Positions 38,797 to 48,411 of a stretch of DNA of 64,000 nucleotides are shown here, one piece after another. The stretch's first letter is position 1. The number at the start of each line of letters is the position of its first letter. The notes beneath the pieces were generated by a model. It did not search any database. It saw nothing but the letters and a program-made list of their open reading frames with translations, and had not been told where the DNA came from. Both the position numbers and the translations under genes were made by a program. The DNA comes from Candidatus Udaeobacter sp. Its GTDB lineage: Bacteria > Patescibacteriota > Patescibacteriia > Magasanikbacterales > GWA2-37-8. The stretch spans positions 33,126 to 97,125 of the forward strand of contig DATION010000004.1 in the NCBI GenBank assembly GCA_035473115.1, written 5' to 3'.

Positions 38797-40611
38797 TTAT
38801 TGTTTCTTAGGCGGTGTTTTGACTATCATATTTTCGTTCAATTCTTCTTGACTCAAGAACGGAAACATATTTTCATAAGGATTAGAAATCATTTTACCAT
38901 CCGGACCTTTTTCCGAAGTTACTCGCGGAATCAGCAATTGCCATTCCGGAGTCATCACATCACAAATTACCGGACCGTCATAATCCAAAACTTCTTTTAT
39001 TTTAGCATCAACTTCATCTACCGAAGAAATGCGTACACCTTTGATGCCATATACTTCGGCCAACTTAACAGAATCCGGACACCACACGCCAGACGCCGGA
39101 CTTTCGCCAATCATCCGACCTTCAAAAAAATTACGCTGCGTATGACGCATTAACAAGTAACCGTTATTATTAAAGATAAAAATTTTTAACGGCAAATTAT
39201 TTATTTTGACTGTGGCGAGTTCCTGTAAATTCATCTGCAAACTGCCGTCGCCGGTAATAACAATTGTTGGCTTGCGGTCGGCGGCCACACAAGCGCCAAT
39301 GCCAGCTACCCAATAACCCATTGTCGAGATACCGCCGGTAGTCAGAAAACGCTGCTGTGGTTTTATTTTCCAAGTTTGAGCCGCCACATGAAAACAAGAT
39401 CCGGTATCAACCAAAATATTGGCACCAATTGGAGCCAACTCGCTTAACCGATCGGTAAAATAATAAGAATTGACCGGTTTTTCATCTTTATACGAAGGCA
39501 AAACAACCGGATATTTTTTCTTCCAATTCTGACAAATTGCCAGCCATTGCGGTCTTTCAATTTCTGATTTACTATCGGCATATTTAGCCAGTTCAACCAA
39601 AAATTGTTTGGCATCAGCCAAAACCGGCAAAACTATATTCAAATCCGGCTTATCTAATTCTTTCTGATCAATATCAATAATAATTTTTTCGGCATTACGG
39701 CCAAAATCTTTGACATTATAACCGGTAAGAGAAACTGTGAGACGAGAACCGATAGCAATAATCAAATCTGCGTTCTGCACGGCAAAATTAGCAGAGCGTT
39801 CACCGTAAGTTCCCGGCCGGCCAATATAAAGCGGATGATCACTAGTAATAATATCTAAACCTAAGCGAGACGTAAGCAGCGGAATTTTTATTTTTTTAAT
39901 AACATCTTCAAAAGCTGCTATACCACCCGACAACCTGACTCCTTGGCCAAAAATAAACAGGGGTCTTTCTGCTTTAGCGATCCGCTCATAAACAGCAACT
40001 ACTTTTTCTAATAACTCTTTTGATGGTTCAGCTGATTGTATTTCAGTTTTTTCGGTAAAAGAATAAGCATCAATAACTGATTGCGGCACTTCGCTGCGCT
40101 GCATATCAACCGGCACTTCAATCCAAACTGGACCGGGGCGACCGGTGGTAACTTGCCGCCAAACTTCGGCTAGATATTCACCGATCCGAGCCGGATCATC
40201 GACTGTGACAAAATATTTGGTTATGGGAGTAACCATCTTACGAATACTAATCCCCTGCACGCCAAATTGGCGAATATCGGTCTTTTCGGCATACTGCACT
40301 ATAGATAAATTTGATTGTCCGGAAATCACAATCATTGGTGATGAATCTACCCACGCGCCCACTACGCCATTTAAAGCGTTAACTGCTCCCGGTCCGGCAG
40401 TGACCATAGCTATCGCCGGCTTATTGGCTACCCTCCCATAAGCCTCAGCAGCCATAGTGGCAGCTTGCTCATGCAACGGACAGATATAATGAAAATTTTT
40501 ATTCTTGGCAACTGCATCATTTAAAAACATGGCATGTCCGCCGGTAATAGTGAACACTTCGGTTACGCCGCGCTCGCCAAAATATTTGAAAATAAAATCT
40601 GCAACATTCAT
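38797..40611 (-). CDS. ThDP-dependent carboligase (YerE/acetolactate-synthase family)
   Basis: HEQAATMAAEAY, TAGPG, GRPGPVW, GDGSLQMN...NNNGY; located among CDP-dideoxysugar genes. Confidence 0.85.
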   Translation of the reverse strand: MNVADFIFKYFGERGVTEVFTITGGHAMFLNDAVAKNKNFHYICPLHEQAATMAAEAYGRVANKPAIAMVTAGPGAVNALNGVVGAWVDSSPMIVISGQSNLSIVQYAEKTDIRQFGVQGISIRKMVTPITKYFVTVDDPARIGEYLAEVWRQVTTGRPGPVWIEVPVDMQRSEVPQSVIDAYSFTEKTEIQSAEPSKELLEKVVAVYERIAKAERPLFIFGQGVRLSGGIAAFEDVIKKIKIPLLTSRLGLDIITSDHPLYIGRPGTYGERSANFAVQNADLIIAIGSRLTVSLTGYNVKDFGRNAEKIIIDIDQKELDKPDLNIVLPVLADAKQFLVELAKYADSKSEIERPQWLAICQNWKKKYPVVLPSYKDEKPVNSYYFTDRLSELAPIGANILVDTGSCFHVAAQTWKIKPQQRFLTTGGISTMGYWVAGIGACVAADRKPTIVITGDGSLQMNLQELATVKINNLPLKIFIFNNNGYLLMRHTQRNFFEGRMIGESPASGVWCPDSVKLAEVYGIKGVRISSVDEVDAKIKEVLDYDGPVICDVMTPEWQLLIPRVTSEKGPDGKMISNPYENMFPFLSQEELNENMIVKTPPKKQ

Positions 40612-40623
40612 ATAATGAAAAAG

Positions 40624-41643
40624 TTATGATTCTTTTTTAAATTTGGCTAATTCCATGGCTACTTCGACCACTATATCTTCCTGACCGCCGACCACTCGAC
40701 GCTTGCCTAATTCCATAAAAATATCCCGCGGATCAACCTTAAATCTTTCGGCCGCGCGCTTTACGGGCAAAGTAAAAACAGAAAACACTCCGGCCAAGCC
40801 GCTAGCAATAGTTATTGAATCAATTTCTAACGGTTTTTTAATAAAACCGGCCACAATTTGATCGCTCACATCCATTAAAATATTTAAGTTAACTGGAATC
40901 TGATAACCCATTTTTTTAAGCAGAGCTAATAACACTTCAATTGGACAATTACCGGCTCCTGGCCCAAAACCGCGCAAAGTTCCATCAATTATGCTGGCGC
41001 CTACTTCTAAAGCCATCCAAGTATGAGCCACAGCCATGCCTAAATTATTATGAGCATGAAAGCCAACTGGCACAGCTAAATTTTCTACTAAATAACTAAT
41101 TGTTTCTTTGACCAAAGCTGGAGTGGAAGCGCCGGCTGAATCCATAATAATAATGCCTTGCGCGCCATAACTGACCATTTTCTTGGCTTCTTCTAGCAAT
41201 CGTTCTTTGGTTGTCATGTGGTACATCATCAAAACTCCGTAAACTTCTTTGCCCGCTTTGGCTACATAGCTTATGTATTGCTGGGTAACATCAGCTTCCG
41301 TGCAGTGCGAAGCCACACAAACCAAATCAACGCCAAGTTCTATGGCTGGGGCAAGATCGTTTTTAATTGTACCAAAACCGGGCAATAAAAAAATACCTAA
41401 TTTGGCCTGTTTTAATTGTTTGCGGGCCGTTGCCAGTAATTCCAAATCTGGAGTGGCCGAAATACCAACCTGCAAAGATGAAGCGCCGATGCCATTGCCG
41501 TGTCCGACAATAACTACATATTCTCCGCCTTTATCAATAGCGCGGCAATATTTTTCCACCTGATCAACAGTTAATTGGTGCGATATCGCATGCTGACCAT
41601 CACGCAGAGTGGAATCAAAAACCATTAAATCTTTCATAAACAA
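40624..41643 (-). CDS. dmpG: 4-hydroxy-2-oxovalerate aldolase
   Basis: DSTLRDGQH, HCTEAD, GFHAHNNLG, GAGN, VGGQED. Confidence 0.9.
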   Translation of the reverse strand: MFMKDLMVFDSTLRDGQHAISHQLTVDQVEKYCRAIDKGGEYVVIVGHGNGIGASSLQVGISATPDLELLATARKQLKQAKLGIFLLPGFGTIKNDLAPAIELGVDLVCVASHCTEADVTQQYISYVAKAGKEVYGVLMMYHMTTKERLLEEAKKMVSYGAQGIIIMDSAGASTPALVKETISYLVENLAVPVGFHAHNNLGMAVAHTWMALEVGASIIDGTLRGFGPGAGNCPIEVLLALLKKMGYQIPVNLNILMDVSDQIVAGFIKKPLEIDSITIASGLAGVFSVFTLPVKRAAERFKVDPRDIFMELGKRRVVGGQEDIVVEVAMELAKFKKES

Positions 41644-41648
41644 CCAAT

Positions 41649-42524
41649 TTATTTATTTGCAATTTTTTTCTTGGCATATTCTTCCGCTACTCGAATGGCA
41701 GCGCAAGTAATAATATCTAAATTACCGGCATAAGCGGGAAGAAAATCACCGCGACCAATAACTTCAATAGTAATAGTGACTTTTCCATTTTCAGCTATTG
41801 GGCCAATAGCCAAACGATAGCCAGGTACATACTGCTGGATAGCGGCAGCTACTTCATTTATTTTTTTGGTTAGAGCTTCAATGTTCGGCTCGGGAATAAG
41901 GGCATAAAGCGTATTATGCATTAAAATCGGCGGTTCAACCGGATTGAGAATCAAAATGGCTTTGGCTTCGGGCACACCAGAAAATTTTTTTAAAGCATCA
42001 GTGGTTGTCTGAATATATTCTTCCAGATTTGCTCTAGTACCGGAGCCGGCCGATTTGGAAGCAATACTGCCGACAACTTCAATATATTTTGTTTCCGGAT
42101 GCACGTCCATTATTGCTTTGGCAATTGGAATCAGCGTCTGACCACCGCAAGTTACCAGATTAACATTAGCAGCTTCCAAAGCTTGATCTAAATTTATGGC
42201 CGGCACGCACATCAGACCGATTCTGGAAGGAGTAAGATCAATGGTAAATTTTTTTAAATTTTTTAAAATCACCGCATGCTCGGCATGATAGGCCGCGCTG
42301 GTAGTATCAAAAACAATTTCACAGCAATTTGGATTGTCGGTTATAAACTTGATGGAGTCAAATGAAGTTGGAACGCCCAAATCCTTTGCTCGGCTAATTC
42401 CTTCGGAATCTTTGTTTCTGCCGGTAAAAATGCCGCACTCCAATATTTCGGAACGATTTACTTTATATAATAAATCACTGCCAATATTTCCAGTACCAAT
42501 TATACCTACCTTAACTTTAGTCAT
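41649..42524 (-). CDS. dmpF: Acetaldehyde dehydrogenase (acylating)
   Basis: GIIGTGNIG, DLTP, NLVTCGGQ, GTRAN, YAGNLDIIT. Confidence 0.92.
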   Translation of the reverse strand: MTKVKVGIIGTGNIGSDLLYKVNRSEILECGIFTGRNKDSEGISRAKDLGVPTSFDSIKFITDNPNCCEIVFDTTSAAYHAEHAVILKNLKKFTIDLTPSRIGLMCVPAINLDQALEAANVNLVTCGGQTLIPIAKAIMDVHPETKYIEVVGSIASKSAGSGTRANLEEYIQTTTDALKKFSGVPEAKAILILNPVEPPILMHNTLYALIPEPNIEALTKKINEVAAAIQQYVPGYRLAIGPIAENGKVTITIEVIGRGDFLPAYAGNLDIITCAAIRVAEEYAKKKIANK

Positions 42525-42545
42525 AGCTTATAACGGTAATCAATC

Positions 42546-43502
42546 TTATAAGATCTCTTTATACCAAGCCAAAGTCTCTAAAACTCCTCGCTTTAAACTA
42601 TACTTTGATTTCCAGCCAAGAATTTTTTCCGCTTTAGAAAAATTTAAACTCTGTTTTAGAATTTCATTTTTTTGATTGTTTACTATTTTATATTCAACTT
42701 TTTTACCGGCTATTTTAGAAACTTCTTTTATTAGTTCCAAAACTGAAAAATTAAATCCGGAACTAAAATTAAAGGCCTCGCCTTTGGCCTTGTCCATCTG
42801 CTCGGCCAAACAGATATATCCGTCCACCACATCTTTTACATAAACATAATCACGAGTAAACGTGCCGTCACTTCTTAGTTCTAAAACTTCATTCTTTATT
42901 ATCGCTTTCATGATACCCGGAATAATCCGATTAAAATTTAAATCTCCCGGACCAAAAATATTTCCGAAGCGAGAAATTGTTACCGGTAAATTATATGTTT
43001 TAGCATAAGTGAGTGCCAAAAGATCGGTGCAAGATTTGGAAACATCGTATGGATGGTCACCACGCAGCGGCTGAGTTTCTAACGCGGACAGACAATCTTT
43101 ACCATAGGCTTTGTCGCTTGAAGCGACAATAACTCCATTGATACGCGGCGACATTCTGGCAGCTTCCAAAATATGAAGCGTGCCCATAATGTTGGTGGCC
43201 AAAGTTTCATAAGGATTTACAAAAGCAGTCGCCACAATCGGCTGAGCGGCAATGTGAAATATAAAATTTACTTCGTATTTAGTAATAATATCGGCAATTC
43301 GTTCTTTATCCTTCAAATCACCGTTGGCCATTATTACTTTGCTGTCAAATTTATTTTTAAAAAAATAAGCTTGCGGATCACGGCTGCGCGACAAAACAAC
43401 GATACGTCCGGTATCCATTGATAAAAGACGTTCCACTAAATGAGAACCAACCAGTCCAGTGCCTCCGGTTACTAAGATATTTTTACCTTTAAGCTTAGAC
43501 AT
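42546..43502 (-). CDS. rfbG: CDP-glucose 4,6-dehydratase
   Basis: HIAAQPIV, SSDKAY, PYDVSKSC, GNIFGPGD; start MSKLK. Confidence 0.8.
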   Translation of the reverse strand: MSKLKGKNILVTGGTGLVGSHLVERLLSMDTGRIVVLSRSRDPQAYFFKNKFDSKVIMANGDLKDKERIADIITKYEVNFIFHIAAQPIVATAFVNPYETLATNIMGTLHILEAARMSPRINGVIVASSDKAYGKDCLSALETQPLRGDHPYDVSKSCTDLLALTYAKTYNLPVTISRFGNIFGPGDLNFNRIIPGIMKAIIKNEVLELRSDGTFTRDYVYVKDVVDGYICLAEQMDKAKGEAFNFSSGFNFSVLELIKEVSKIAGKKVEYKIVNNQKNEILKQSLNFSKAEKILGWKSKYSLKRGVLETLAWYKEIL

Positions 43503-43512
43503 GTAAAAAGAA

Positions 43513-44310
43513 TTAGTTTTCCCAAATTTTCCAAAATGGATCTTTCTGCCAATGCTCATTCATCTCTTCAACTTCTTTGTAAGTATCCATGCATTTCCAT
43601 TTTCCTTCATGCTTATAGACAGACAACTCGCCTTTTTCGGCCAGTGGGGCAAAAATTGATTCTACCATTGAATCCGGAGTCAGCAGATCCAAAGCTTCCG
43701 GTTTTAATACCATAAAGCCGCCATTGATAAAATCATTGGCTTGCTCTTCGTATCTGTTTTGGTTAGTTACTTTGTGCTGAAAAAAATCAACGGCTTTTTT
43801 GGTATTATGATCTATATTTAAAAAGCCAAAACGATGGGTTGGCCGCACAGCTGTAATGGTAGCGGCAGTATTTTGCTGTTTATGAAAATCAACCAGCTCT
43901 TTAACATTGATATCGGCCACGCCGTCCCCGTAAGTTATCATGAAATCTTCGTTGGGATTTAAATATTGCTTTAAGCGGCGAATGCGCTCGCCGGTTAAAC
44001 TATTTAAGCCGGTTTCCGCAAAAGTTATTTTAAAATCATCGCAATCATTGTTATGAAAAACTAAGCCATTATCTTTGGTACTCAAAGTAAAATCATTCAG
44101 CAGACTGCGCCAATTCAAAAAATATTCTTTGATCATGTTGCCTTTATAACCAAGAGCCAAAATAAAATCATTGTAGCCATAATGGGCATATATCTTCATG
44201 ATATGCCATAGAATTGGCTTGCCGCCAACTTCTACCAATGGTTTTGGTTTAAATTCAGTCTCTTCTTTCATGCGGGTACCAGTGCCGCCGCAGAGAATTA
44301 TTGTCTTCAT
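43513..44310 (-). CDS. rfbF: Glucose-1-phosphate cytidylyltransferase
   Basis: GGTGTRMKEET..PKPLVEVGGKPILWHIMK, TYGDG, WKCMDT. Confidence 0.92.
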   Translation of the reverse strand: MKTIILCGGTGTRMKEETEFKPKPLVEVGGKPILWHIMKIYAHYGYNDFILALGYKGNMIKEYFLNWRSLLNDFTLSTKDNGLVFHNNDCDDFKITFAETGLNSLTGERIRRLKQYLNPNEDFMITYGDGVADINVKELVDFHKQQNTAATITAVRPTHRFGFLNIDHNTKKAVDFFQHKVTNQNRYEEQANDFINGGFMVLKPEALDLLTPDSMVESIFAPLAEKGELSVYKHEGKWKCMDTYKEVEEMNEHWQKDPFWKIWEN

Positions 44311-44388
44311 AATTATAGTTAAGTGAGAGAAAAGGTCGTTGGCGAACTTTTCCGAACGGACTGTAATTATATGGGCTTTAGCCCATAT
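44311..44388. repeat. Tandem-GA hairpin element copy C plus GGGC-TTTA-GCCC hairpin
   Basis: AAGTGAG..GAAAAG/CTTTTC..CGAACG inside AATTATAGTT/GACTGTAATT stem; ATATGGGC-TTTA-GCCCATAT. Confidence 0.62.
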
Positions 44389-44399
44389 TAAAGATAACT

Positions 44400-46454
44400 T
44401 TATTTTTTCTTAGTCTTAACCGGAGTAGTTGTAGGCACAGGAGCTAAAATTTGAGCTACCGTTGATGCTTCTGTCGGATTAAATGTAACTCCGTTTTTGG
44501 CTGCTAAATCAATAACTTCTTTTGCCTTATCCATCTGGCCTACCAATCTGTATACATAAGCCAAACGCCAATAGCTTTCACTGACATTAGGATCATCTTC
44601 AATTGTCTGCTTAAGGTATTTTACCGAATCATCAGTTCTGCCAATCTGCAAATAAAAATTTGCCAGATTATAAATAACCTGCTGACGCTTTGGTGAATAT
44701 TTTAAGGCGATTTCTAAATTATCACCATATTGAGCGACATACTTTAGATCATTTGTTAGAGAATAACCAACCTGACTCAATTGGCTTAAAGTCAGATAAT
44801 TTCTGATATCATAGGGATGCAAAACAATATTGGCTTGTAAAGCTTCTTGGGCTATGTTAAACATTTCCAAATTTTTATCTTTGCCAAGCTTGTTATCACT
44901 GCTGCTCAATACCTGAGCAACTGTGCGTGCCAGATCGCTGCGAATATCATCTATATGAGGCGAGTTAAAGGCCAAGGCTGTTTTCATTAAATCTATTCCT
45001 GTTAAAGGCTGGTAGCTTAGGTACTTGAGAGCATCCAAGGTTTTCATATTGGCTCTGGCAGGCTGGATATCAAAAATAAATACCAAAAATAAAATTACTA
45101 TTCCGGTGCTGACCATAGAGCCGGTGCCAATAGTTTTATTTGGATAAATAACCGGATTTTTAGCTGGCTCTGCCGGCAGCATTGATAAACTTATTATCAT
45201 TGCCAACCAAAACATAAAATATAAATATGAAGTTGGATTCTCAAAAACTGTCACGCTCTGTACAAGATGAGCCGCCAAGAAAGAAACTCCAATTACCACA
45301 ATATGCAAATCTAAAGATCTCTTTTTTCTGGCAACTACTAAAACAGCTACAGCCGCTCCGAAAATAGAAAGATAACTGATCAAACCAACCGCACCCTGTA
45401 CGGCCAAAGTGTTTACAATAATATTGTGAGCATTATCAAACCAAGTTTCTCCATAACCAAACTCCAAAGACTTTGGTTGATAATATTTATTAAAGGCATA
45501 AAAGAAGTTATTTGGACCCCAGCCAAATAACGGCTTCTCTTTCCAACTCTCTACAGCCGCTTTCCAAGCCAGCCAACGAGCACTGTTTTGGATACTGGCA
45601 AAAGAAGTATTTATTGTACGATTAACAGCCGGGATTTTTTGCACAAAACTTGTTTGTCTAAAAGCATAAAGCAAAGCAATGACTGCCACGCCAAATATTG
45701 CTAGACCCAAAAGAACTTTTCTGGTCTTAGGGAAGTCGCGCAAAACAAATATATATCCAACTACCGCTACAGCCATACCCACGATCAAACCGAGCATGGA
45801 TCCGCGCGTACCACTGAAAAACATGCCTAATATCGCCAGCGCTCCCGCAGCCGCTTCTATATATTTCCAATTTTTATTTTTCTCTTTAATAAAAAGCAGG
45901 AAGGAAACAAAAGTCAAAAATAAACCATAACCACCGACATAGATGGAATTTCCTAAAGTGCTGGCAACACGGTCACTGCCGCCGTTTAATAACATATCCG
46001 GTTTAAAAATCTGTAAAACACCGACAATCATAACGAGCGAGCCGGCAGATAAAAATATTTTTAAAGCTTTATTCCAATCTGTCCAATCTTTAAGAACAGC
46101 ACTGCAGATAAAATAATAGGCAATATAATGAAAAATTGTAAAAAGACCCAACATTCTTTCGTGGTTATCCCAAAAACTGTGGTAAGGATCAACGCCGACA
46201 AAAGTAGAAATGGCAAAGCTAATTAAAAAAACAAATAAAGCGATATTTAGGGCTGAAAACTTTGGTTTGAACTCCTGCCAATTGATGCACAATAATAAAA
46301 TATAACAACCGATCATTAAAGTGACTAGCGATCGGAAAAGCAATATTTTAGGGACGATAAAAGGAAAAATAAAAGAAGCTGGCAGTACTACCAAAGGAAC
46401 AAAAAAAGTGGCATAAATCAAAAACTTGGTTGCTTTCAAAATAGTCTGTTTCAT
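44400..46454 (-). CDS. O-antigen ligase / oligosaccharyltransferase-like (Wzy_C) protein with C-terminal TPR
   Basis: R..STLGN, SGTRG, RWLAW....PLFGWG, DNAHN; TPR-like C-terminus. Confidence 0.83.
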   Translation of the reverse strand: MKQTILKATKFLIYATFFVPLVVLPASFIFPFIVPKILLFRSLVTLMIGCYILLLCINWQEFKPKFSALNIALFVFLISFAISTFVGVDPYHSFWDNHERMLGLFTIFHYIAYYFICSAVLKDWTDWNKALKIFLSAGSLVMIVGVLQIFKPDMLLNGGSDRVASTLGNSIYVGGYGLFLTFVSFLLFIKEKNKNWKYIEAAAGALAILGMFFSGTRGSMLGLIVGMAVAVVGYIFVLRDFPKTRKVLLGLAIFGVAVIALLYAFRQTSFVQKIPAVNRTINTSFASIQNSARWLAWKAAVESWKEKPLFGWGPNNFFYAFNKYYQPKSLEFGYGETWFDNAHNIIVNTLAVQGAVGLISYLSIFGAAVAVLVVARKKRSLDLHIVVIGVSFLAAHLVQSVTVFENPTSYLYFMFWLAMIISLSMLPAEPAKNPVIYPNKTIGTGSMVSTGIVILFLVFIFDIQPARANMKTLDALKYLSYQPLTGIDLMKTALAFNSPHIDDIRSDLARTVAQVLSSSDNKLGKDKNLEMFNIAQEALQANIVLHPYDIRNYLTLSQLSQVGYSLTNDLKYVAQYGDNLEIALKYSPKRQQVIYNLANFYLQIGRTDDSVKYLKQTIEDDPNVSESYWRLAYVYRLVGQMDKAKEVIDLAAKNGVTFNPTEASTVAQILAPVPTTTPVKTKKK

Positions 46455-46491
46455 ACTTGATTCTTAATATTATGTTAAAATCGTCCTCATA

Positions 46492-46520
46492 ATTCTAGCT
46501 ATTTTTAACTTCATTGTCAA
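46492..46520 (-). promoter_or_regulatory. sigma70 promoter at head of glycan locus
   Basis: Minus strand TTGACA-17 bp-TAGAAT. Confidence 0.72.
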
Positions 46521-46537
46521 ATAACAATAACAATATT

Positions 46538-47719
46538 TTACCTTAGAAACTTAACAAAACTGGCTATTGTGATCCAGCTAAAAAAAAGAAAAACTGGCGC
46601 CGCCAAAACCCAAAAATGATGCAGCTGATACTTAGCTGCGTCCAAATCCCCTTTTCTCCTGGCTTGCCAGCAGACTACTATTAGTATGACCGCTTCAATA
46701 CCGATAAAACCGCCTCCGGCTATGCTTAATACGGAAATAAACTGCCTTAAACCAGCTACAAACAATAAAATAGGCACAGAAATAACCAAAAACTCGGCTA
46801 AAATTTTATTTAGCTTGCTATCCCAAACAAAACTTTGTTTTAAGGCTATACCAGAGCCAACAAACCCTCCGGCCATAGCTAAAATTGCAAAAATATTGCC
46901 TAGCACCAAAACTCCTTGGCCAAACTTAGCGCCCAAACCAATGGTGGCAATTTCTGAAGTTTGCAGCCCGGTTACTCCCACTACGGCCAAAGCAAAAAGA
47001 ACATACACTACCATTGGAATAAGTGAACCGATAATTAAAGCTTTTCTAAAATGTCTTTGGCTGCGCGGTAAAAGCGCATGCGCTTCAATAACTGCTGGCG
47101 TGCCGTTTAAAGCAAACAGGATAACCCCATAAGGTAAAAATATTTTACTTAAATCTGAATAAGCCCAATTGGCCAGTTTAAAATCTTTCAAAAAATAAAA
47201 AGATAGTCCGCAGATTATAGTGATCACAATAATGCTTAAAACTTTTTCCACACTCTTGATGGTTTGCAATCCTCGCCAAACTACCACACTCCCCAACCCC
47301 CAAAAAATTACACTCCAAACTACGGCGCTGCCGCCAAACAAAGATGATAAAGACTGCCCTTCACCAATTATATATGCCAGCAAGCTACTATAGGCTCCTA
47401 AAACAATAACCACGCCCATAAAATACTTAACCGGCTTTCCCAAGTACTTGCCGGCCAGACCGCCAATTTGCAAAGATTCATTGGTACGAACAGCTATCTC
47501 GCCTATTACCAGATTTAAAAAAAGCATAATCAGACCAAGTCCGATAATATAAGCAATGCCTATTTTTAACCCCACTTGTGCTACTACATAAGGAACACCC
47601 AAAACTCCGGCGCCAATAGTCATACCGGTAATCATAAAAACCGCATCTGCTACCGAAGCGGCTGGCTTATAAACACCTTGATGTAAAATTATTTTTTGCT
47701 CTTCAATCTGGGATTTCAT
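46538..47719 (-). CDS. Aromatic amino acid / HAAAP-type permease
   Basis: ITGMTIGAGVLGVPY, 11 TM pattern. Confidence 0.8.
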   Translation of the reverse strand: MKSQIEEQKIILHQGVYKPAASVADAVFMITGMTIGAGVLGVPYVVAQVGLKIGIAYIIGLGLIMLFLNLVIGEIAVRTNESLQIGGLAGKYLGKPVKYFMGVVIVLGAYSSLLAYIIGEGQSLSSLFGGSAVVWSVIFWGLGSVVVWRGLQTIKSVEKVLSIIVITIICGLSFYFLKDFKLANWAYSDLSKIFLPYGVILFALNGTPAVIEAHALLPRSQRHFRKALIIGSLIPMVVYVLFALAVVGVTGLQTSEIATIGLGAKFGQGVLVLGNIFAILAMAGGFVGSGIALKQSFVWDSKLNKILAEFLVISVPILLFVAGLRQFISVLSIAGGGFIGIEAVILIVVCWQARRKGDLDAAKYQLHHFWVLAAPVFLFFSWITIASFVKFLR

Positions 47720-47810
47720 TTTAATATTATAACACAAATTATCCAGTTATAAAAAAACAAAGACGAAGCTTAAGCCTCGTCACCCTGTCCCCCTTCCTAA
47801 AAATATTCTG

Positions 47811-47972
47811 CTATTTGTTGCTTTCATCAGATCTACCCGCCCTTGCCTGTTCCGCCGCCTGACGAAGCTTTCTCTTTTGTCCAGGTTCCGGAGGAACACT
47901 GGGCTTTGCATCTCCCCACATGAAGACAATTACTGCCAACAAAAATATGATGAGAGCGTTGCTGTTTGCCAT
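47811..47972 (-). CDS. Small single-TM hypothetical protein
   Basis: AGGGG RBS before ATG 47972; promoter TTGACT-17-TATAAT at 48001-48029; downstream hairpin GACGAGGC-TTAA-GCTTCGTC near 47762-47781. Confidence 0.5.
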   Translation of the reverse strand: MANSNALIIFLLAVIVFMWGDAKPSVPPEPGQKRKLRQAAEQARAGRSDESNK

Positions 47973-48063
47973 AAAATTCCCCCTGTTGTTATTAGCCAAC
48001 ATTATACGCTAATTTTAGTAAAAAGTCAAGCATAAATAAGTCATAAAAAATCAATTAAAAAAA

Positions 48064-48094
48064 CAAAAAAGACCGTAAATTACGATCTTTTTTG
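48064..48094 (-). terminator. Intrinsic terminator after tRNA-Val
   Basis: CAAAAAAGACCGTAA-A-TTACGATCTTTTTTG hairpin with T tract on minus strand. Confidence 0.6.
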
Positions 48095-48114
48095 GAATAG
48101 GAATGGTCGAATTG

Positions 48115-48188
48115 TAGGCGCTTAGGGATTCGAACCCTAGACCTCCTCGGTGTAAACGAGGCGCTCTAACCAACTGAGCTAAACGCCC
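48115..48188 (-). tRNA. tRNA-Val(TAC), CCA not encoded
   Basis: GGGCGTTTAGCTCAGTTGGTTAGAGCG-CCTCG-TTTACAC-CGAGG-...GGTTCGAATCC..GCGCCTA cloverleaf. Confidence 0.95.
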
Positions 48189-48227
48189 ATTTTTTCGTAT
48201 TAATGGAAACTTCGCCAAGCTATTTAA

Positions 48228-48274
48228 TGTGGGCCCCGCTAAGCGGGGCTAACCACAACGCTTAGCGTTGTGGG
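48228..48274. repeat. Paired inverted hairpins at tRNA-Lys 3' end
   Basis: GCCCCGC-TAA-GCGGGGC and CCACAACGC-TTA-GCGTTGTGG, flanked by TGTGGG direct repeat. Confidence 0.55.
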
Positions 48275-48343
48275 TCGGCTGGGGATCGAACCCAGGACCA
48301 CTGCCTTAAAAGGGCATTGCTCTACCAGCTGAGCTACCGACCC
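48271..48343 (-). tRNA. tRNA-Lys(TTT), CCA not encoded
   Basis: GGGTCGGTAGCTCAGCTGGTAGAGCA-ATGCC-CTTTTAA-GGCAG-...GGTTCGATCCC..CCGACCCA. Confidence 0.95.
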
Positions 48344-48411
48344 AAATTATAATTACTAATAGCTAAATTAGTAATTTACATACTATACTAATTTAATAAA
48401 ATAATCAAGCC

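Noticed and set aside
38797-40611. ilvB for branched-chain amino acid synthesis
   Set aside because: No ilvN/ilvC/ilvD nearby; context fits a YerE-like role
40624-42524. Aromatic degradation (meta-cleavage) operon
   Set aside because: No dioxygenase, hydrolase or hydratase genes; the pair is embedded in CDP-sugar genes
22317-44388. CRISPR array or integron attC array
   Set aside because: Repeats are dispersed and degenerate with no regular spacers, no consistent GTTRRRY cores and no cas or integrase gene
48115-48343. tRNA-anchored genomic island or prophage
   Set aside because: No integrase and no long duplicated tRNA 3' end found in the window
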